Shown: piece by piece, positions 58,723-64,000 of the stretch | Numbering within the stretch: position 1 is the first letter of the stretch | How the letters are laid out: every line of letters starts with the position of its first letter | Origin: an uncultured Acidobacteriota bacterium | GTDB lineage: Bacteria > Acidobacteriota > Vicinamibacteria > Vicinamibacterales > CAVVIG01 | Direction: 5' to 3' | Assembly (NCBI GenBank): GCA_963724725.1 | Contig: CAVRVT010000001.1 | Coordinates: 93,874-157,873, forward strand | DNA: 64,000 nt | Notes under the pieces: generated by a model | The model's database searches: none | What the model was told of the DNA's origin: nothing | Seen by the model: the letters and a program-made list of their open reading frames with translations, nothing else | Made by a program: the position numbers and the translations under genes

Positions 58723-59331
58723 CTAAGGCCTTCTCGCTCCAATCAGCTGCTGGTACTCGTCGATGGTGTCGATATCGACGAACGCGCCTTCGTCGTCGAC
58801 GGTGACGTCGCCAGCGGCGGACGCATGCGCCCTCACGATCGGTTTCAAGCCATGCTCGTCGTCACTTGAACGGACGAGATCGAACAGCGAGCGAGCGATG
58901 AGAACCGGATGCCCGTGTCGGCCGCCGTTGACCGGGCGAACGACCGGGGCTCCGGTTTCGCGAAACCGCGCGACGATGGATCTCACCGTCCATTCCGAGA
59001 CGAGCGGCACGTCGACAAGGGTCAGTAACAGTGCCGTCACACCGGGCCGGTCGATGACCGCAAGACCCGTCCGAATCGACGACAGCTGACCCCGGTCGTA
59101 GTCGCGATTGAGCGCGAACCGGGCGGGAAGACAGGAATTCGTCAAGGAACCGGCAATCGATTCCGCATCGTGGCCCAGAACGACCACCACATCAGCGATG
59201 TCGGCCGCGAGGAATGTACGGACAATTCGTGACAGAAAGGTGTCACGCTCGTCGACGGGCAGCGTGGCCTTTGCTCGACCCATGCGGCTCGAGCGTCCCG
59301 CAGCCAGCACGAGGGCGGGGATCATCATCAT
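58723..59331 (-). CDS. MobA-like NTP transferase (molybdenum cofactor guanylyl/cytidylyl-transferase family)
   Basis: 'MMMIPALVLAAGRSSRMGRAKATLP' nucleotide-binding motif. Confidence 0.6.
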   Translation of the reverse strand: MMMIPALVLAAGRSSRMGRAKATLPVDERDTFLSRIVRTFLAADIADVVVVLGHDAESIAGSLTNSCLPARFALNRDYDRGQLSSIRTGLAVIDRPGVTALLLTLVDVPLVSEWTVRSIVARFRETGAPVVRPVNGGRHGHPVLIARSLFDLVRSSDDEHGLKPIVRAHASAAGDVTVDDEGAFVDIDTIDEYQQLIGARRP

Positions 59332-59352
59332 CCATGTTATAGAATCGCGCAC

Positions 59353-59541
59353 ATGAGCGAGGGCGATCTGCATATCCGCTGCATGCGATGCGGCGCACAG
59401 ATGGAAATGCGCGATCCGGCGCCCGATCGGCCGTGGGCTCCGGATCAGTTCTGGGTCTGCCCGCGCTGCGGTCGCCATTTCTGGACAACGTATCCACCGC
59501 CGAATCGAGAAAAGCCCAAGCCTGCCGAAACCGGTTCGTGA
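59353..59541 (+). CDS. Small zinc-ribbon protein (62 aa)
   Basis: CMRCG...CPRCG Cys pairs. Divergent from the mobA-like gene. Confidence 0.4.
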   Translation: MSEGDLHIRCMRCGAQMEMRDPAPDRPWAPDQFWVCPRCGRHFWTTYPPPNREKPKPAETGS

Positions 59542-59756
59542 CATTTCGTGATGGTTCCGCTAAATCTTGGCCCTGCTTGACTTCGGGGTACGAACTGCCT
59601 AGACTGGCCCCGATTTTCCGGCTCAGCTAAAGGCCGGAAAGACTCGGCCGGCTCGCGTTCGACGGCGGCTTCAACAAGCGATCGTCCGCAGGCGCCCGTT
59701 ACCGGCTGAGTTCCCTTGGGATACCCCTGGGGGTTTCGGAACGGAGGCTTCGGGTC

Positions 59757-59963
59757 ATGCCAACGGGAACAATCGCTAGGCTCCTGATTGATAAGGGGTT
59801 CGGCTTCATCCGCGACGAAGGTGGGATTGAGCACTTCTTCCACCGGAGCTCGGTCCGCGGAGCCGTGTTCGAGCTGCTGCGCGAAGGTCAGCGCGTCGAG
59901 TTCACGCCTGAAGAGTCACAGAAGGGACCTCGAGCGGGGGACGTGCGGTTAATCGAAGGCTGA
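59757..59963 (+). CDS. Cold-shock domain protein (CspA family)
   Basis: 'GTIARLLIDKGFGFIRDEGGIEHFFHRSSV...GQRVEFTPEESQKGPRAGDV' with RNP-like KGFGFI motif. About 170-nt structured leader upstream. Confidence 0.8.
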   Translation: MPTGTIARLLIDKGFGFIRDEGGIEHFFHRSSVRGAVFELLREGQRVEFTPEESQKGPRAGDVRLIEG

Positions 59964-60130
59964 CGGACCCTCTTCCGAATAGAATCTGGACGCTGGACGC
60001 CGTTCCAACGGAAGCGAACGGGGCCCGGTGGTCCTCCCGGTCTTCAAAATCGGTTGCTCCCCGTAATTGCGGGGAGGCTCGGTTCGACTCCGAGGCGCTT
60101 CCGCCAACTTCGACGGCTCGGTGCCTGGCA

Positions 60131-60844
60131 CTAGGTCAGTGCCAGGTACCGCAGCACGGCTCTCGTATCACTCAAGTCCTCGAACACGACGTCGGCGCCG
60201 GCTTCGCGTAGCTCGCTGGCAGGGTGCCGGCCCGTCGCCACCGCAATCGACCGCGCGCCCCCGCGCCGCGCGACTTCGACGTCGAACGGCGTGTCGCCGA
60301 CGACGATCACGTCTTCGACACCGACGGCGGGACCACCGCTCGCCGCGATGCGCGACATGGCGCGGTCCAGTAATTCGTTTCGATCCGGCGCTTCGTCACC
60401 GAACGCGCCGCCCGAAAAGTCCTTCCACAGATCGAAGTGTTCCAGCTTCACACGTGCGGCGCGTTCGTAGTTACCGGTCAGGAGACCGAGATGCATCGCC
60501 GGGATGACGGCGAGCGCGTCGAGCAGCGCACGGACGCCGGGCAGGATTTCCTTGCGCGCTCCGCGTAGTGGCTCGCGCCGGATTTCCTGTTCGAGATGAC
60601 GCAGGTAGACCTCCGGAAAATTGCGGACGCGGCCGTCGTCGCGTGGAATGCCGAGCGCATCGAGGGCGGCGAAGAGCAGCCACGTGTCGGTACGTCCGGA
60701 CAACTGGATCGCATCGAACGCGCCGGCGTGTCCGAACAGTTCTTCGAAGGCACGCGACATCGAGCGCCCACCAGCACCGCCGGTGAGCACAAGAGTGCCA
60801 TCGATGTCGAAAAGGATAAGGGTGCGCGCGGCGTTCAGGCGGTG
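60131..60844 (-). CDS. HAD-superfamily hydrolase (phosphoglycolate phosphatase-like); start codon not resolved (no ATG/GTG in frame upstream of motif I)
   Basis: Motif I 'LILFDIDGTLV', motif II region and motif III 'VVGDTPFDVEVARRGGA'. Confidence 0.6.
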   Translation of the reverse strand, partial: HRLNAARTLILFDIDGTLVLTGGAGGRSMSRAFEELFGHAGAFDAIQLSGRTDTWLLFAALDALGIPRDDGRVRNFPEVYLRHLEQEIRREPLRGARKEILPGVRALLDALAVIPAMHLGLLTGNYERAARVKLEHFDLWKDFSGGAFGDEAPDRNELLDRAMSRIAASGGPAVGVEDVIVVGDTPFDVEVARRGGARSIAVATGRHPASELREAGADVVFEDLSDTRAVLRYLALT

Positions 60845-60849
60845 ACGCC

Positions 60850-61047
60850 TTACTCGCTGCGCACGTTGCCGGCGCGAGGACCTTTGGCCGACGGCTCTTC
60901 GTCGAAGCTGACGCGCTGGCCTTCGTTCAGCTGATCGAAGCTGCCCTGGACCGAGCTGCGATGAAAAAACCACTCCTGGCCGCCGTCGTCGCGAATGAAC
61001 CCGAAGCCTCGGTCACGTACGAGTCGCTTGATAGTCCCGCTCGCCAT
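60850..61047 (-). CDS. Cold-shock domain protein (CspA family), second copy
   Basis: 'MASGTIKRLVRDRGFGFIRDDGGQEWFFHRSSVQGSFDQLNEGQRVSFDEEPSAKGPRAGNV'. Confidence 0.8.
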   Translation of the reverse strand: MASGTIKRLVRDRGFGFIRDDGGQEWFFHRSSVQGSFDQLNEGQRVSFDEEPSAKGPRAGNVRSE

Positions 61048-61200
61048 CGTCGAACGTCTCCTTGGAGGCGCGTTGCCCAAGAATGACGGTATCAAGTTCC
61101 GTTCCAGTAAGACAAGGCTGGTTTCCTGGAGAATTACTGCAGAGTCATCCAGCTCATCCACTTTGCAGGTCGAAAACTGATACAGCGCTGTACTGAACTT

Positions 61201-61271
61201 GGTTGTCGGTTGCGGGTTATTGGTTGACGACCCACAACCGACAACTAACAACCAACAACCAACAACCAACC
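61201..61271. repeat. Hairpin (GGTTGTCGGTTG...CAACCGACAAC) followed by tandem AACAACC x3, in the leader of the second csp gene / terminator region of the upstream gene
   Basis: Seen directly: 12-nt arms at 61201-61212 and 61234-61245, heptamer repeats at 61247-61267. Confidence 0.6.
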
Positions 61272-61281
61272 ACTACATCGC

Positions 61282-61719
61282 TTACTTCACGTTCACCGTA
61301 ATGACCTGGCAGGCGCCGGGCATCGTGTTGTGCAGATCGTCACCCAGCTGTAAGGCCAGCTTGTGCTTTCCGGGTGTCAGCTGCGAATCGAACACGTCCT
61401 TGCCGTCGCCGAAATGGACCCAGGACGGCGTGCCCTTCACGATGTTCTTGCCGGGTGGGAGGCAATTCTGATCGATGCCGACGTGATAGTGCGCCTTGCC
61501 GGGGCGCGTGGTCGTGATGTCACCAGGAGGCACGGCGGCGATTTCGATGCCCTCGGATCCGAACTTCATGTGAACGGGACTCGTGACCGACGCGTTGTTC
61601 TTCGGCTCGATGAAGAACACGCGGATTTTCTTCGCGGCGGCCTTCTGTGCGCCGGCCATCGCTCCCAGACACGCGACGAGCATGAGTACCAGCAGTCCCA
61701 GCTCCTTCGTATGTTTCAT
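61282..61719 (-). CDS. Secreted DUF4399-like protein
   Basis: Signal peptide MKHTKELGLLVLMLVACLGAMAGA, 146 aa. Confidence 0.45.
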   Translation of the reverse strand: MKHTKELGLLVLMLVACLGAMAGAQKAAAKKIRVFFIEPKNNASVTSPVHMKFGSEGIEIAAVPPGDITTTRPGKAHYHVGIDQNCLPPGKNIVKGTPSWVHFGDGKDVFDSQLTPGKHKLALQLGDDLHNTMPGACQVITVNVK

Positions 61720-61745
61720 GTCGAACTCCTTTTCTGTTGCCAATT

Positions 61746-62472
61746 CTAGCCGAGACGACCGCCGAACCATCTGCGACGTTCCCGAAGCTTCCCCGTGGCG
61801 GGTTCCCACCTGAAGACACGTGACGCCACAGCCCGGGCAAAGGGCTCGTCGACGCCAAGCGAGAGAACGGCCGTTCCGCGCGCCGCGGCGCCGGCGCGCA
61901 CGGAGTGCGCGAGGCTCGCCGCGCCACTCGCATCGAGGCCCGCGCTGGCATGCTCCAGCAGGACGACGGTGGGGTCGAGGGCGAGCGCGCGGCCAAGACG
62001 GATCCGCATCTGCGCGTTGGCATCCAGCATTCCCACCGGGCGATTCCACATGGATGCCGGCAGGCCGGATTCCCGGGCCAGCGCTTCCGCGCGCACGCGA
62101 ACGTCCTCGCGGAGCGGCTCCACGTCCAGCGTGAACGGCATGGCCAGGTTCTGCAGCGGGGTCAGGGCGTCGAGAAGGACGGCTCGTGCGCTGACGATCC
62201 CGAAACGGTCGACGACAGTCAGCCACTCGGCGGCATCGCTCACGTCGGCCGTTCGGCGGCCAAAAATCCACACCGCTCCGCTGTCGGGCAGCGACGCGCC
62301 GGTCAGCAGATTGACGAAGACTTCGGCAGACACCTGGTCGAATCCGAGCAGGCCGACGAGATCGCCGGCGAAGACGTCGAGGCGCTCGACACGCAGCGGT
62401 CGAAGTCCGCGGTAATCCTTGGCGATCCCGGCCACCCGCACGAGCGCGGGCGCCTCCTGACCGACGGTCACG
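61746..62472 (-). CDS. ABC-ATPase-fold protein with degenerate catalytic motifs (likely non-catalytic)
   Basis: Walker-A position reads GLLGFDQVSAE, signature position LDANAQMRIRLGRALA, Walker-B position VVLLEHASAGLD. Q-loop TPLQN is retained. GTG start overlaps the stop of the upstream membrane protein. Confidence 0.5.
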
Positions 62473-62932
62473 CGCCGATCAGCCGGTTGACTTCGTCGAC
62501 GATGCGACTGGAAACGGAGAGGACGTCGACTTCGATCTTGAGCGCGGCGAGATTGCAGGCCACGGCGCCGTACGCAATCGTACCGTGCACGATTGGCGGC
62601 AGCACTCCCGTGTCGACGCTCGCGCCGAGGATGGCGGTAATCATGGTCATCGCCATGGCCAGCGTGCCGATCGAAAACACCGGCTTGCGAGCCGCCGCGA
62701 TTCGACGATAGTGATCGCCGACGAGGCTGTGTTCCGCCATGGCATCCTTGACGGCTTTGCCCTTGCCGATGAGATAGAACATCATCATCGAGTGCGCGAG
62801 CAACGTGACGAGCGTCGAGAAAATGCCGAATGAGATGTGGCGGGCGACGTCGGTTGCGCGCCAACCGACAACGATCGTCGTCACGAGTCCGCCAAGACCG
62901 AGAATCACTGCAGTGAGGAGCGCCTGAGCCAA
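62468..62932 (-). CDS. Small integral membrane protein (4 TM), coupled to the degenerate ABC-ATPase-like gene
   Basis: Hydrophobic 154-aa ORF with stop overlapping the downstream GTG start. Confidence 0.45.
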   Translation of the reverse strand: MAQALLTAVILGLGGLVTTIVVGWRATDVARHISFGIFSTLVTLLAHSMMMFYLIGKGKAVKDAMAEHSLVGDHYRRIAAARKPVFSIGTLAMAMTMITAILGASVDTGVLPPIVHGTIAYGAVACNLAALKIEVDVLSVSSRIVDEVNRLIGA

Positions 62933-62944
62933 GGTTCGCCGATT

Positions 62945-63460
62945 ATGTCACCTTCGCCGTTTATCCTGGAATGGCTGCGCCGCCTCGGCGAGCAACGATC
63001 CGGTGGACGCGCGCTCGACGTCGCGATCGGACGTGGACGTCATGCGTCGGCGATCGCCGACGCCGGCTTTCGAACTTTCGGTGTCGACCGAGATTTCGAC
63101 GCGCTTCGGGCCGCGGTGACAGCGGCAGGCGGGCACGGCGTGACCATCAACGTCTGGTGCGCCGACCTCGCCAGCTACCCGCTTCCCCGCAGCCGATTCG
63201 ACGTCATCGTCGTCGCTCGGTACTTGCAGCGCGACTTGTTTACGTCGCTGGTGAACGCCCTGACGCCTTCGGGCGTTCTCCTCTATGAGACGTTCACGAC
63301 GAAGCAGCGCGCGCACGGGATCGGACCGACATCGGCGGACCATCTGCTCGAGCCGGGCGAGCTCAGGCGCGTACTGAGCCTGCTCGACGTGTTGTTCTAC
63401 GAAGAAGTGTCCGACCCCGAAGCGGTCGCACGGCTGGTCGGCCGGCGCGCCTCGAGCTGA
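62945..63460 (+). CDS. Class I SAM-dependent methyltransferase (TehB-like small methyltransferase)
   Basis: 'ALDVAIGRGRHASAIADAGFRTFGVDRD' SAM-binding motif I and 'FDVIVV' motif II. Confidence 0.6.
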   Translation: MSPSPFILEWLRRLGEQRSGGRALDVAIGRGRHASAIADAGFRTFGVDRDFDALRAAVTAAGGHGVTINVWCADLASYPLPRSRFDVIVVARYLQRDLFTSLVNALTPSGVLLYETFTTKQRAHGIGPTSADHLLEPGELRRVLSLLDVLFYEEVSDPEAVARLVGRRASS

Positions 63461-64000
63461 TCGTAATGTTTCTTCGGCAGGCAGATGGTGCCGAGCTCTT
63501 CGGGGCCGTGCGATTCGTCCGCGTGGTAGTCGGAGCCGCCCGACACCGCGAGGTTCAGTCGCGCCGCGAGCGCGAGGTAGCGGGCGGTTGCCGTCTCGTC
63601 ATGTTTGCTGTGGAACGCCTCGAGCGCGTCGACGCCGCTTCGCGCGAATTCCTCCAGCCATTCGTCACGTTCGAGTAAGACCGGATGCGCGATCGACGCG
63701 ACGCCGCCGGCGTCGTGGATGCACGAGGCGACCACCGCCGGTGACGGCCCGATCCGGGCGACAAACGCCGGCCGTCCAGGCGACAACCAGCGATCGAACG
63801 CGTCGCTGGTCGTCGCGACATGTCCGGCCGCGACGAGCGCGCGCGCAATCCACGGCCGCCCCACTGCCCGCGATTCGTCGGCGATGGCCGGACGCAGGAT
63901 CTCGTCCTGATCGAGCGACACACCGTGCTGCGCCAGCCTGACCATCATCTGACGCGCACGCGAAACTCTTTGACGGCGCTGCTCGACAAGGAGCTCGAGG
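63397..64000 (-). CDS. PHP-domain phosphoesterase (TrpH/YciV-like), C-terminal part; N-terminus beyond window end
   Basis: 'AIDLAVSGGSDYHA' PHP C-terminal metal-binding motif. ORF runs to the window edge. Confidence 0.5.
   Translation of the reverse strand, partial: LELLVEQRRQRVSRARQMMVRLAQHGVSLDQDEILRPAIADESRAVGRPWIARALVAAGHVATTSDAFDRWLSPGRPAFVARIGPSPAVVASCIHDAGGVASIAHPVLLERDEWLEEFARSGVDALEAFHSKHDETATARYLALAARLNLAVSGGSDYHADESHGPEELGTICLPKKHYDQLEARRPTSRATASGSDTSS

Overview
High-GC (about 68-70%) chromosomal segment, probably from an Acidobacteria-like soil bacterium. It is densely coding, with most genes on the minus strand and a mix of metabolic and envelope functions; no CRISPR array or intact mobile element was found.

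Main content, in order along the window:
- 91-1782: a radical-SAM-like protein with two small downstream ORFs.
- 1803-2984: a DmpA-type aminopeptidase.
- 3592-9722: a glycan-export locus (Wzm/Wzt ABC transporter, GT9 heptosyltransferase-like protein, GT4-methyltransferase fusion).
- 10096-15088: a minus-strand cluster of GH3-like acyl-acid amido synthetase, enolase-superfamily racemase-like enzyme, fatty-acid hydroxylase and ICMT-type membrane methyltransferase. A roughly 58-nt leader element occurs twice in this cluster.
- 15238-20578: a divergent plus-strand operon of creatininase-family amidase, ketopantoate-reductase-like enzyme, SDR, M20 peptidase and amino-acid permease.
- 21941-22420: an orphan T6SS hcp gene.
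- Further genes: two ECF sigma systems (one paired with an anti-sigma factor, one with a Ser/Thr kinase-TPR protein), a DUF2330 protein, a flotillin-like SPFH protein, and a di-haem cytochrome c peroxidase with an inserted hydrolase cassette flanked by 30-bp direct repeats.
- More genes: an ankyrin/cytochrome-c/toroid fusion, tRNA-Ala(GGC), a YbhGFSR-like tripartite ABC-2 efflux system with TetR and a divergent heterodimeric ABC exporter, a WecA-like transferase, and two cold-shock genes with structured leaders.

At least nine apparent single-base frameshifts fall between 28 and 57 kb. They are probably assembly indels, and each affected gene is flagged.

The most interesting candidate is the GH3/racemase/hydroxylase/methyltransferase cluster with its duplicated leader motif, which may be an undescribed N-acyl-amino-acid (lipoamino acid) pathway. 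Family and function calls come from recalled motif similarity read by eye; no tools were run.
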